From Octopus vulgaris (lineage: Eukaryota): DNA of 64,000 nt. The stretch is taken from NCBI GenBank assembly GCA_951406725.2, contig OX597815.1, positions 181,908,001 to 181,972,000 on the forward strand, read 5' to 3'. Shown here piece after piece: positions 36,855 through 50,314 of the stretch. The position numbers and the translations under genes are program-made. Within the stretch, counting starts at the first letter, position 1; each line of letters starts with the position of its first letter. The notes under the pieces were generated by a model. The model worked only from the letters and a program-made list of their open reading frames with translations. It had not been told where the DNA came from and made no database searches.

Positions 36855-37203
36855 ACAAGCATGGTCATCGCCAGTGTTGCCTGACTGGCTCCAGTGCCAG
36901 TGGCATGTAAAAAGCACCATTCAAGCATGGTCGTTGCCAGTGCTGCCAGACTGGCTCCCATGCAAGTGGCATGTAAAAACCATAATTCAAGCATGGTCGA
37001 TGTCAGTACCGCCTGACTGACCCTCATGCCAGTGGCACCTAAAGAGCTCCTATTACACTCTCTGAGTAGTTGGCATTAGGAAGGGCATCCACCTGTAGAA
37101 ACTTTACCAGATCGGATTGGTGCCTGGTGCAGTCTTTTTGCTTGCCAGCCCTCAGTAAAACCCTCCAGACATTAAACGACAATGATGATGATGATGATGA
37201 TGA
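36855..37203 (+). mobile_element. RTE 3' UTR fragment with three ~64-bp tandem units
   Basis: caagcatggtc..gccagtg..tgcc.gactggctcc..tg..agtggcatgtaaaaa three times; (gat)n tail. Confidence 0.85.
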
Positions 37204-37959
37204 CTGACCCCTATGCATTAAATCAAATCAAGCCATATCATATTCAAATGAATTTTATTTCATTTACCATCCTGGTTTATAATTCGAACTAAAAAGAAAT
37301 TCTCAGTATGGCCTTTGATTCTTGCCTTTTTAAGATTCGTTCATTTTGCCATTGCTTTGAAATTTCTTTTTTTTTCAAGAATTTCAATATAATTCTTACA
37401 TGCAGTAAGGTTATAGATATAAACTGTCTATTAGTCCAGCATTTGCTTTCTTCGGCAAGAATATGCATATTGCCTTAGATTAACCCTTCACTAAAGACTT
37501 TGCACTGCAATGTGGTCAGAGGAGGAAGAAGTAAAGTTTATTCCTCAGATGACCATCATTCTTACATAATTCATACGAGTCACCATTAACAGCTGGAAAA
37601 TTTCTTTTCTCCGGTCTTTCTCAGAAACTTATCCACTTCTCTCCCCTTATTATCCAAATGTTGATGTTTAACAGCAGGTTTGTGTGGGGATTTTTCAACT
37701 CTTCACAGGCAATAATAGACAAGCATAATCCAGGTTGCTGTTGGCATTTTGCATATGAGCATCTAATTATTCTTTCACGCAATTAAACCACCAATGTTTC
37801 CTCTATTGAACACTTCCCTTGAAACCATTTATAGATTACATTCTACTATCAAAAGTGGAGTTTCCTAACGGTTAATATTAAGCCTTTAGTTATTACTACT
37901 ATCTTTTAAGTTTTATTCTACAAATACTAAGAGTTCACTGCTTTCTCTCTAATATGAAT

Positions 37960-38113
37960 AGAGCCATGTGTGGCAAGAAGTTTGCTTCCCAAATGCACGG
38001 TTCAGGGTTCAGTCCCCCTGGGTAGCACCTTGGCTAAGTGTCTTCGACGATATCCTCTAGCTGACCAAAGCCTTGAGAGCAGATTTGCTAGACAAAAATT
38101 GAAAGAAGCCTGT

Positions 38114-38170
<57 letters not shown>
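37960..38170 (+). mobile_element. SINE family B 5' half ending in (TA)n
   Basis: gggttcagtcccc..gcaccttggctaagtgtctt..gaaagaagcctgtc(ta)n. Confidence 0.8.
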
Positions 38171-38171
<1 letters not shown>

Positions 38172-38957
38172 CAATATTTGAAGAAAGGAAGGCTAAAGAC
38201 ACCGCTTGCTAAAAATCAAAGTGGAAACTTCAAAAAACCCACCAGTTCTATGATAAATACACACACGAGCAATGTAATGAATATTTTAAAAAATAGGCCT
38301 ACCTTTTCAGCATGGAATTTGAAGGTACTTTAATACCATACCCCAATATCAATTGATTTCATGTTCTACATGAGAAACATGCTCTGCAAGCATCAGTTGG
38401 AAATAGTATTTGACATCTATTTCTATACGTCAACTCATGTGCATTTCTAACTTTAAACGTCCCACTCCATTTAAAGAGAAAACTATCATAAGCAATAAAA
38501 AAAGTAAATATGTGAAGTATTATTACTGTTAAAAACAGTAATAATGAGGTGGCTAGCAAGACTTCTACCTATACAGGTATAATATAAAATATTTGAAGAA
38601 AAGAAGGGTTTAGGGTCTATTTTTCAGCATATTGGCATAGGAAAATTTTTTTCTTTTTCTTTTGCCCTTATTTATAATAATTGTTTATATACAATGGGTT
38701 TTCTGCATGTAAACAATATAAATAATTAAAAATTGAACAAATTAAAACTCCCAATAGGAGGAGGCATTTAAGGTCCTCATGGAAAACCCCAGAAAAGCCA
38801 TGGGAGCCTGGTCAACAGGGCAAGAGCCCTTCTCCTTTAATTCCCCTTTTTTACAGGTGCATGCTCAGAATCAGTCCTTTCACACTAGCCATTCTTCCAA
38901 CATTCACCCACCTTTCAGCAAACTTACTAGAAGGTAACACTTTCCTCTCCACCCTTA

Positions 38958-38960
38958 ATG

Positions 38961-39022
<62 letters not shown>

Positions 39023-39063
39023 AATAGTAATAATGCATGCAATTCTAAATGTGAGTATATATG

Positions 39064-39119
<56 letters not shown>

Positions 39120-39193
39120 TATGGTGCCCCAGCATGGCCACAGCTCGTGAGCTGAAACTAGATAAAATAAAAATAAATATTATATATTATATA

Positions 39194-39257
<64 letters not shown>

Positions 39258-39400
39258 TTATATATATAAAGAGAGAGAGATAGGTAGGTAGGTAGGTAGA
39301 TAGATAGACAGATACATACATACATATACATATCTATATATATGCATGTTTCTCTGTGTGTATGTGTGTATGTACATAGTATGCATATGTATATATGTAA
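38958..39400. repeat. Compound microsatellite (AAT)(AAG)(TA)(TG)(TAGG) containing a 60-bp LINE 3' terminus (39121-39177)
   Basis: atggtgccccagcatggccacagctcgtgagctgaaacta matches the LINE 3' end at 63528-63570. Confidence 0.85.
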
Positions 39401-39854
39401 ATATTCATAGATAGATAATCTGAGAATTGCATGCGGCTGGTTGGATTAGAAAGTATATACCTACTCAAACGCACATCAGACATATTTAAACACACACAAA
39501 CTGTTTGTACATAAATATCATAACATATCTATATACATAATTTACATGTAAACACACATATTTCCGGCATATCTGTAAGTTAGAAAATAGGATTATATTC
39601 TCCCCCCCCCCCTCTCGTTTCTTTTATTCTTTAAGACGGCAATCTTTTATGAGCAGATTACAATATATAAAAACCAAACTTGTCTTATGTTTTGCCGACA
39701 CTAAATGTTGCCTCACTAAATTTTTGTGGGGTTAATGTATTTAAAACTTTCAGGAATTAGTATTAAAATAGTATGTAGTTTTATGTCTGAATGCAATTTG
39801 TCTGTGTATATCTCTTTATGTTTTTTTTGTGTATTTTTTTTTTGCATATATGGT

Positions 39855-40540
39855 ACCTGTGCTGGTGGCATGTGTAAAAAGATTCGAGCGAGGTCATTGC
39901 TAGTACTGCCTAACTGGCCCCGTACCGGTGGCACGTAAAAAGCACCCGCTACACTCTTGGAGTGGTTGGCATCCAGCTGTAGAAACTTTGCCAGATCAAG
40001 ATTGGAGCCTGGTGCAGCCATCTGGTTCGACAGCCCTCAGTCAAAATCGTCCAACCCATGCCAGCATGGAAAGCGGATGTTAAACGATGATGATGATGAT
40101 GATGATGATATCTATGTATCACCAAATTCAACCTGGTTAAAGCTTCGCCTGATTTTCCTCATCCTACATTACTAGTACATCCGAGTATGGGGTGTAACCG
40201 GCCCACTTATGAGTACCCCTCATTCATTGGAAAATAAACTTTTGCTTGCGAAGACCTATTGAGGCAAAATCAAAATCACTGACGTAGCCAATGGCAGTAC
40301 TGCCTGATTGGCACATATGCTAGTGGAACGTTAAAAGCACATCCAAGCATGATTGTTGCCAGGGCCATGGATCGGCTCCCATGCCAGTGGCATGTAAAAA
40401 GCGCCATTCGAGTGTGATTGTTGCTAGCACCGCCTTAATGGCACATGTGCCGGTGCCACGTAAAATACAACATTCAAGCGTGATCGTTGCCAGTGCCGCC
40501 AGACTGGCTCCCGTGCAGGTAGCACATAAAAAACACCTCT
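39855..40540 (+). mobile_element. Two RTE 3' UTR fragments (39855-40110, 40200-40540)
   Basis: ggtggcacgtaaaaagcac units; (gat)n tail; gcccacttat..gacctattgaggcaa matches the post-stop region at 52863-52913. Confidence 0.8.
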
Positions 40541-40736
40541 TTAACAATTCACAATAATGACTTTTATTACTTTTATTCCAACCTCAGTTCATCTAATTGT
40601 ATAAATCTATGGTTACTTTTCATAAAAAGCCTTTACTTTTTTCGATTTCCAATGTGCATTTTCGCCTACTTTCCTTCTTACTTTCCCCTTACATTTCCAC
40701 GTGTAGTTTCTATTTTCTTTTTGTAACATATATCTA

Positions 40737-40772
<36 letters not shown>

Positions 40773-40777
<5 letters not shown>

Positions 40778-41806
40778 ATGCCAAGTAACATTTATAACTA
40801 AACTGGCAATGGAACAGACCCGTGTATCCTTAATGTAGTTCACAAAGAGATTCAGTGTGACAAGGCCGGCCCTTTTGTATTACAGGTACAGTTCGTTTTT
40901 GCTAGCTGAGTAGACTGAAGCAATGTAAAATATAGCATCGTACTCAAGGACACAATATGCAGCCAGGAATTGATCTCATGATCTTATGATTATGAGCCGA
41001 ATGCCCTAACCACTGGGTCACATGTTTTCACATTTATAATGCGCTACATGGAACTAGAATTGCGTTTTCCACGAGTGCTAAAAGCTGAAGATCAGCTCCC
41101 AGCACAACATTAAACAAAACGAAACTATACATGATCGTGGAAACTAGTTCCAGATCTGCCAAAGGCTAAATGCAGCTCTTGAACAATGTAGATATGAATA
41201 GGAAAAATAACTCAATATTGCATGATACGACAACAATACACATCCAGACAATATAGATTCCACTACTGCCTCAGGTTGGATATTACTGAATAAAGATGTA
41301 AATATTTATATAAGAACCAAAACTATATTAAAGCAAAATGCATAAGAGACCTTCTGTCATAGGACATAGAACTACCAGGGAGTAGAACTATGACTACGTT
41401 ATACATTACGGATGACTGTTAAAATCTGATCACTCCCCATAATATTCTATCTCTCATAATGGTTTCAATTGTGGCACAAGGCCAGCAGTTTCAGCCCCAG
41501 AGTTCAACTGGTACTTATTTTATCGACCCTGAAAGGATGGAAGGGGAAGCTGACCTCAGTCTGAAGACAAGACAAAATGCTGTTGGCTGATAATTCTGCC
41601 TGTTTACTGTCCCTTATATTCATTCATGCCAAATGTAATTGTATTTTGCAAACGAGTGGACATGTGGTAAGTAGCTTGCTTGCCAACCACATGGTTCTGG
41701 TTTCAGTCCCATTGCATGGCACCTTGGGCAAGTGTCTTCTACTATAGCCTCAGACCGGCCAAAGACTTGAGTGAATTTGGTGGATGAAAACTGTAAGAAG
41801 CTCATC

Positions 41807-41845
<39 letters not shown>

Positions 41846-42888
41846 ATTCCAAGTAACATTTATAAGTAAACTGGCAATGGAACAGACCCGTCTATCCTTA
41901 ATGTAGTTCACAAGGAGATTCAGTGTGATAAGGCCGGCCCTTTTGTATTACAGGTACAACCTATTTTTGCTAGCTGAGTAGACTGAAGCAATGTGAAATA
42001 TAGCATCATACACAAGGACACAATATGCAGCCAGGAATCGAACTCATGATCTTATGATTATGAGCCGAATGCCCGAACCACCAGGTCACATGTCTTCACA
42101 TTTATAATGCGCTACATGGAACTAGAATTGCATTTTCCATTAGTGCTAAAAGCTGAAGATCAGCTCCCAGCACAACATTAAACAAAACGAAACTATACAT
42201 GATCGTGGAAACTAGTTCCAGATCTGCCAAAGGCTAAATGCAGCTCTTGAACAATGTAGATATGAATAGGAAAACTAACTCAATATTGCATGATACGACA
42301 ACAATACACATCCAGACAATACAGGTTCCACTACTGCCTCAGGTTGGATATTACTGAATGAAGATGTAAATATTTATATAAGAACCAAAACTATATTAAA
42401 GCAAAATGCATAAGAGACCTCCTGTCATAAAACATAGAACAACCAGAGAGTAGAACTATGGCTACATTATACAGTACGATGACTGTTAAAATCTGATCAC
42501 TCCCCATAATATTCTGTCTCTCGTAATGGTTTCAAATTGTGGCACAAGGCCAGCAATTTCAACCCCATAGTTCAACTGGTACTTATTTTATCGACCCTCA
42601 AAGGATGGAAGGGGAAGCTGACCTCAGTCTAAAGACAAGACAAAATGCTGTTGGCTGACAATTCTGCCTGTTTACTGTCCCTTATGGGATTCATTCATGG
42701 CAAATGTAATTGCATTTTGTAAATGAGTGGCCGTGTGGTAAATGGCTTGCTTGCTAACCACATGGTTCCGGTTTCAGTCCCATTGCATGACACCTTGGAC
42801 AAGTGTTTTCTACTATAGCCTCAGACCAGCCAAAGACTTGTGAGTGAATTTGGTGGATGGAAACTGAAAGAAGCTCGTCATATATATA
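40773..42888 (+). repeat. Tandem duplication, 2 x ~1068 bp
   Basis: 40773-41840 aligns colinearly with 41841-42888 (ataagat.ccaagtaacatttataa... to ...aagaagctc.tcatatat); each unit contains V-SINE-like, family A and family B fragments. Confidence 0.95.
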
Positions 42889-43107
42889 TGTGTGTGTGTG
42901 TGTGTGTGTATTTGTGTGTCTGTGTTTGTCCCTCCACCATCACTTGACACCCAATGTTGGTTTGTCCCCATAACTTAGCAGTTTGGCAAAAGAGACCAAT
43001 AGAATAAGTACTAGGCTTACAAATAATAAATCTTGGGGTTGATTTGTTTGACTAAAGGCAGTGCTTCAGCATGGCCACAGTCAAATGACTGAAACAAATA
43101 AAAGAAT
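42722..43107 (+). mobile_element. SINE family B, full length
   Basis: Head, internal (TA)(TG), tail cagcatggccacagtcaaatgactgaaac. Confidence 0.9.
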
Positions 43108-43849
43108 TAATTGAAGAGATCTTTCTGCTAATGTTTCTTGTCTGGCTGTGGTTATTGGTTGCGTATACCTATGAAGTTTTACTCATCAATTTTTACACAT
43201 CTGATACGGAGAGTAAAAGGGAAATGAACTCAATTAAGTCAACAGGAGAAAAAAAAAATAACAGCAGACAGGTTAAAAAACCTTTCAAGAAATAATTTTT
43301 TAGATTTAAGATTTGTAGCTACAAATTTGTTTTGATGTTAATAAAGTTCACAATAAAGACAAAATAAATATTTTACTCTTCTTAGGAATTGCTTCATTCT
43401 GACAATTAAAAAATATGTTTCCAACTGAAAACAAGACCAAAATTTAACATCTTACACATTCCACCAGTATACGAAGTTTTAAAGTGTTTAGTTAACTAGA
43501 AATTGTGTTGACATGTGCCGTTCAAAAGGAGAAGATCCTAAATAATTTCTTAAACCACATAATTATAAATTGTTGTAGACATTTGCATTTATTTCGGTAA
43601 TTTTGTTTCATTATATATAAAGTTTGCGAATTACTTCTGAAAAATGCGTTCAGCATATTTTCTACGAGTAAAAACAATCGCCATCTTTTATAATTCGTGA
43701 TAATTTCATGGGTAGATATTTTGGGCAATATACATCAAGATCTGTGCTTCTCCAGACATTTTGGCTAACAGCCACATTTTGAAGTACAGTCATTTTTCAA
43801 CGAGTTGATGAATATTAACAAATCTACTCAGTGATCGACCACTCTAGGG

Positions 43850-45000
43850 TTTTAGTCTTAGCTCCTCCTGTGCCATGTGACACATTGGGTGACAAGGCTT
43901 ATCCAATGTGGTCAGTCAGCCATAGTGATTTCAGCTTCATCACATGAAATGTCAAAAGTTTTGAGGTCATCGATGAAGGTGCAGCACCGAGTCACTTTTG
44001 GTTGCCCCTTTTTTTCTTGCCATGTTGTGGCTTCCACAGAATGGTGGGTTTTACATGCTGCAATGATGGTAATCGGAGGACATGGCCTGCAAATCGCAAG
44101 CAGCACTCAGTGACGATATCTTGGAGTAGACGGATATCAGTTTGGTGATGTGGTCCTGCATGATATTTGCTGTATCTGCCAGAGGCATCGCTGTTTGTTC
44201 CTTCTCGAGCCATGCCTGGCTCATAAGGGATGGTTTCCCAGTTTCCTTGGCGTATAGGTTCCCCACATGGATGGGACGCTGGTCCATCACAGGTGAGCTG
44301 CAAGATGCAGGAGGAAAGAGTGAGAGAAAGTTGTGGTGAAAGAGTCAGCAGAGGTTCGCCATTACCTTCTGCCGGAGCCACGTGGAGCTTAGGTGTTTCA
44401 CTCTTAAACACACACACATTGCCTGGTCTGAGATTCAACGAGTCCACTGCTCTAACCACTAGACCATGTGCCTCCACAGAGGTATCAAAGCTGAAATACA
44501 TTGAGCTTTCGTGCGATCTCTGCTGATGTCTCCCACATTTCCACCATGTATATTGCCAATGGTGTGACAATACTGTTGAAGAAGCACACTTTGGTCTTGA
44601 TGGAGATCGCCCTGCCAGCCCAGATGGGTTTGAGTCTTTGAAAGACAGCCGAGGCCTTCCCAATCCGGCAGGCAATGTCGCATTCAGTGTCTGCATCATT
44701 GAGAGATTTAGAAATAAGTCAGTCATCATAAGATATAAGAGAGAGGATAGAATACACCCTTGACGTACACTGGTCTCAATGGCAAAGTAGTCAGTGTAGT
44801 CTGTCTCAATTCGAACACAGCACCTAGATTTGTGATAAAGGCTCCAAAAGGCATTAACGAAATGCTCAGGAATACTGAAATCATGAGTGATGCACCACTA
44901 TGAACTCCGATGTATGCTGTCGAATGCCCCGACAAAATCAATGAAAATGATTGATTGCCACTCAAGGGTATTGGCATGAATTTCTGACTATGACTTGCAT
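43850..45000 (-). mobile_element. Decayed RTE-clade LINE (second family) split by a family C SINE (44191-44477)
   Basis: VRQGCILS motif at ~44770-44745; LRFAGHVLRLP; TFIDDLK; SINE TSD cagaggcatcg / cagaggtatca. Confidence 0.75.
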
Positions 45001-45509
45001 TAAGTAACGATCAACACTCTGCTTCCATTGCTAAATATTCTCTTTTGCTTATGACTTCAACATAATACAGACATATACCTACATATACACACACGCACAC
45101 ACATACATAGGTGCAGGTGTGGCTGTGTGGTAAGAGGTTTGCTTCCTAATCTCATAGTTTCATGTTCAATCCCTTTGTGTGACATTTTGGCACGTTACCA
45201 TCATCATCAGCATTGAGTGTCCATTTCCCATGTTCACATGGGTTGGACAGTTTGACAGGAACCAGTGAGCTGTAAGGCCACATCAAGCCAATGATGTCAG
45301 CTTTGGCATGGTTTCTATGGCCGACTGCCCTTCCTCATACTAACCACTTTACTGTTAAAATTAACAAAACTGTCCGAGAAATGGGAGCGTGACACACTGA
45401 GTAACAGCTTTTGTTATATTTCTGCTGCTTTTAAATAAAGCATATTACTCTACCTCTGGTATTTGAGTACTCTTTTTCCACCTTGTTTCACATCTATCTT
45501 CTTACTCCA

Positions 45510-45571
<62 letters not shown>

Positions 45572-46394
45572 ACACATATATATATATGCAAATATATGTA
45601 TACATATATACATACATACATATATGTGTGTGTGTGAGAGTGTGTTTAGCTTTATAATCTGGATGTGCATCTGTGTGGCGAATATATTCACCGCCACTTT
45701 AGAGTTATTCCATCTATGCAGAAACTACCTTCTATTTATTCTATTCACATTGACATATCTATTTATTCAACTGACAATCTCTGCAGTTCGCTACATTCAG
45801 GTGTGTATTCATGAACATATTTCTGAGTTTTAAAAAAATTGTTTCAATAAATCAATAAATATTTTGTGCAAATGTATATTTGTTTAAAATAGACCATAAA
45901 AACTATAAATAAATTATACATTGTGTGTTTTATTCTGCATCAATACTTTGGGCTGCCTTTAGTTATAATTAAGGCTGTGTCTCTTGTATATCCTTAGTTA
46001 TACTTAAGTACTAATTTGATTTTAATATAGCTTAGATAATAATAAAATATCTAATTTTAGATAAATTTAAATTGTTGCCCCGATCGATAATACCACCAGT
46101 GACAACATCACCATCATTTCATTGTCTTTTCTTTCTGCGTCAGACAATATCTTTCATGTACAATTGCTCCACTAATTTGCTTCCTCTCCGTTAACCAACT
46201 TAACATATTCACTTCCATCAATTGATGCATATCATCGGTTTTTACAATTGATATCGTGCAACATGGCTGTTTTTTCTTTTTATTTTTTATGCTTTTCATT
46301 TTCCATGGAGAAAAATACTTTTGTTGCCAAACTTGTAGCAAGTCATATAATTTCATTTAAAATATTATTTATTATTAACATGTTATATAATAAG

Positions 46395-46727
46395 CACAGG
46401 CATGGCTATGTGGTAAGAAGTTTGCTTCCCAACAACATGGTTCTGGGTTCAGTCCCACTGTGTGGCACTATGGGTAAGTGTCTTTTACTATGGCTTTATG
46501 TCAACAAAAGCTTTGTCAGTGGATTTGCGAGCTGGCAGAAACGTTAGCACGCCAGGCGAAATGCTTAGCGTATTTCGTCAGCCGCTATGTTCTGAGTTCA
46601 AATTCCGCCGAGGTTGACTTTACCTTTTATCCTTTCGGGGTCAATTAAATAAGTACCAGTTACGCACTGTCTGTCCTTGTTTGTCCCCTCTATGTTTAGC
46701 CCCTTGTGGGCAATAAAGAAATAAGAA
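46395..46727 (+). mobile_element. Family B SINE head followed by a family A SINE (46527-46727)
   Basis: ggctatgtggtaagaag..gtggattt | gcgagctggcagaaacgttagcacg..aaagaaataag. Confidence 0.85.
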
Positions 46728-48214
46728 ATGACAATCTCGTGAAAAATTCAGTTCAAAACAGTTCCCTTCTATAATTCTAAAGGCATTAGGGTGTGATTTG
46801 AGGGAGACTAGGCCGTTGTTTCGAGCATATTGGGGAGCCATCTATAGGTTTCCTCATTGGTTCATTCCTTATCAGCTGAGCTGTGTTCCTTCTTAAAACA
46901 ACCAAAGTTTATGCAATAAAATTTATCTTATGTAATTAAATTTATCAATTTAAGGAAAATTAGGAGTTCAGGTAACTGCTTTCATTACAATAATTTTATG
47001 AACAGATTAAAATATATATTTTATGTACATATTTTATATCTTATTACATAAGCTGGTTAATATACCTCCATATCTTACAGATTACCAGCTAAAATTTTGA
47101 TATAAATAATAATATACAAACTTGATATGGGATTGGTGCTCGTAATGTCTAAAATTACATCTTAATAAATTTCTTCTTAATTTGATTTGCTGTTAACTAG
47201 ATATATATATCTCTATTTATTAATATCTTGCATCAGCCACAAGCTCAGAATTTCTGGATACAGTCTCTATAAGAACCATGTTCTTTAAAATATTAGTGCT
47301 AAATATATTACTGCGATAAACTCAACATATATCATTATTTAAGCTTTTAAAGAACTCCTCTTCCTGGATGTTTTGACAATGAAAGAGATCTCTGTGAGTG
47401 GTTAGTAAAGCGATGAAATTTCAATAGATTTTGACATGAATTAACAGTCTTAAATCTCAAGTTAGCTTATCTGAATTCTTTGATAATTCTTTGAGTGAAC
47501 TTGTAAAGCACTTTCTGTCAGAATAAGATTAAATGTTGTTCTAGAATAGTGAAATCTCATTTTTGTTTGAAAAAAAACCACTATTTTTTATTCAATGTTT
47601 GCTTCATTATTAATGACAAAAATATACATTTTCGTGAAATATAAAAGGAAGGATGTTTTCTAGACGAGGAAACTGTATGTAATCTGCATTAACAAAGCAA
47701 ATAGTGCTAACAGAAATTGCAGTCTGTAGGTGCAGTGGTTGAGTAATGACAACAACAACAACCATCATCATCATCATCATCATTTTGCATCTTTTTGGGG
47801 AAACAAATTTCCAAATCAATCAGGTACAACCATTTAGCATTATGTGCATCTCCATATCGTACAGTGGGGGTATTTTTTTTATCATATATTTATATATGAT
47901 AAAAATATATCTATCTAGAAATATACAAAATACATAATTGAAATCAATAATAATTCAGTTTTGGGAATTAATATATATGCTGGTATTCTATTTCAGATAA
48001 TACAAAAAAATAACCTGATGAGTATCTCTGAAGGTAAACACATGGTATCTATGTGCACATCACAAAATAATACTTTAAAGGATATAACCAGTATACTAGT
48101 AGGGTATAAAATATACTTCCTTAATTATCTCCAACTTAAGTTAAAATTAAAATTATCGATTATGAAGGAACTACATGTGTTTCAGTATTGGAAGATTATA
48201 ATATCTGTACATAT

Positions 48215-48615
48215 ATCATCATCATCATCATCATCATTTAGCGTCCGTTCTCCATGCTAGCATGAGTTGGACGGTTCAACTGGGGTCTGTGAAGCTGGAA
48301 GGCTTCATCAGGCCCAGTCAGATCTGGCAGTGTTTCTACGGCTGGATGCCCTTCCTAACGCCAACCACTCCGTGAGTGTAGTGGGTGCTTTTTACGTGCC
48401 ACCCGCACAGGTGCCAGACAGAGCTGGCAAACGGCCACGAATGGATGGTGCTTTTACGTGTCACCGGCACGGGGCCAGGCGAGGCTGGCAACGGACACGA
48501 ACGGATGGTGCTTTTATGTGCCACCAACACGGGGGCCAGACAGAGCTGGCAAACGGCCACGAAACGGATGGTGCTTTTACGTGTCACCAGCACGGGGGCC
48601 AGACGAGGCTGGCAA
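48215..48615 (-). mobile_element. RTE 3' UTR fragment with ~4 tandem units
   Basis: (cat)n core, then ggtgctttt.acgtg.cacc..ggctggcaaacggccacga repeats. Confidence 0.85.
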
Positions 48616-48636
48616 ATATATATATATATATATATA

Positions 48637-50237
48637 TCATCATCATCATCATCATCATCATCGTTTAACGTCTGCTTTCCATGCTAGCATGGGTTGGACG
48701 GTTCAACTGGGGTCTGGGGAGCCCGAAGGCTGCACCAGGCCAGTCAGATCTGGCTGTGTTTCTACAGCTGGATGCCCTTCCTAACGCCAACCACTCCGAG
48801 AGTGTAGTGGGTGATTTTATGTGCCACCGACACAGGTGCCAGACGAGGCTGGCGAACGGCCACGCTCGGATGGTGTTTTTTATGTGCCACCGACACAGGT
48901 GCCAGACGAGGCTGGCAGACGGCCACGCTCGGATGGTGTTTTTTATGTGCCACCGACACAGGTGCCAGACGAGGCTGGAAAACGGCCATGCTTGGATGGT
49001 GTTTTTTATGTGCCACCGACATAGGTGCCAGACGAGGCTGGCAAGCGGCCACGATCAGATGGTGTTTGTTACGTGCCCACAGCACGGAGGCCAGTCGATG
49101 CGGTACTGGCTACAGCCACGTTCGGATGGTGTTTGTTACGTGCCACCGGCACTGGTACCACAAAGATACAAATTCCATTGATGTTCATCTATTTTGATTT
49201 GGTTTGATTTTCACTTGCCTCAACAGGTCTTCACAAGTGTCACAAGAAGGAAGGTATGCACAGGTGGACTGACTACGTCTCAGGTAGGGGCCACGGGTTA
49301 TGGCCTCACTAGTCTTGCCAGGTCTTCTCACGCACAGCATACTTCCATAGGTCTTGGTCTCTAGTCATTTCCTTGGTGAGACCTAAAGTTCGAAGGTCGT
49401 GCTTCACCACCTCGTCCCAGGTTTTCCTGGGTCTACCTCTTCCACAGGTTCCCTCAACTGCTAGGGTGTAGCGCTTTTGCACACAACTATCTTCAGCCAT
49501 TCTCGTCACATGACCATACCAGTGCAGCCATCTCTCTTGCACACCACAACTGATGCTTCTTAGGTTCAACTTTTCTCTCAAGGTACTTACACTCTGTCGA
49601 TTATGAACACTGACATTACACATCCATCGGAGCATACTGGCTTCATTTCTTGCAAGCTTACGCATATCCTCAGCAGTCACGGCCCATGTTTCACTACCAT
49701 GTAGCATGGCTGTACGTACACATGCATCATACAGTCTGCCTTTTACTCTGAGCGAGAGGCCTTTTGTCACCAGTAGAGATAAGAGCTCTCTAAACTTTGC
49801 CCAGGCTATTCTTACTCTAGCCGTTACACTTTCAGCACACCCACCCCCACTACTGACTTGGTCACCTAGGTAGCGGAAGCTATCAACTACTTCTAGTTTG
49901 TCTCCCTGGAACGTGGTAGAAGTTGGTCTCTGCACATTTTCAGTGTTTATTGCTCCTGAGCATCTGCCACAGACAAAAACTATTTTCCAAGTTAGCCTTC
50001 CTTTGACATTGCTGCACCTCTTATGTGTCCATAGCTTACACTTGGTGCACCTTATAGAGTTTCTACCTACACCATTTTTACAGATCAAGCAGGGCCATCT
50101 ACCTGAAGTCGTTTGTGATTGGTCCACCTTCCTACTTATTAGGACTTTTGTTTTGGCTAGGTTGATTCTAAGGCCCTTCGATTCTAATCCTTGTTTCCAC
50201 ACCTGAAACTTCTCCTCCAGTTCTGATAGTGACTCAG

Positions 50238-50238
<1 letters not shown>
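48637..50238 (-). mobile_element. 5'-truncated RTE LINE (1.6 kb) between (TA)n tracts; open ORF2 C-terminus 50238-49309
   Basis: IAESLSELEEKFQVWKQGLESKGLRINLAKTK..LEVVDSFRYLGD..LHGSETW..WYGHV..GRGRPRKTW; 63-bp tandem repeats in the 3' UTR; (gat)n tail. Confidence 0.95.

Positions 50239-50314
<76 letters not shown>

Noticed and set aside
48010-48040. Additional hammerhead at ctgatgag
   Set aside because: No GAAA box or stems I/III in register; likewise for the ctgatga hits at ~4815, 13372 and 25689
48790-49160. CRISPR-like repeat array with palindromic units
   Set aside because: Whole 63-bp units repeat, so there are no unique spacers; the array lies in an RTE 3' UTR in eukaryotic DNA with no cas genes
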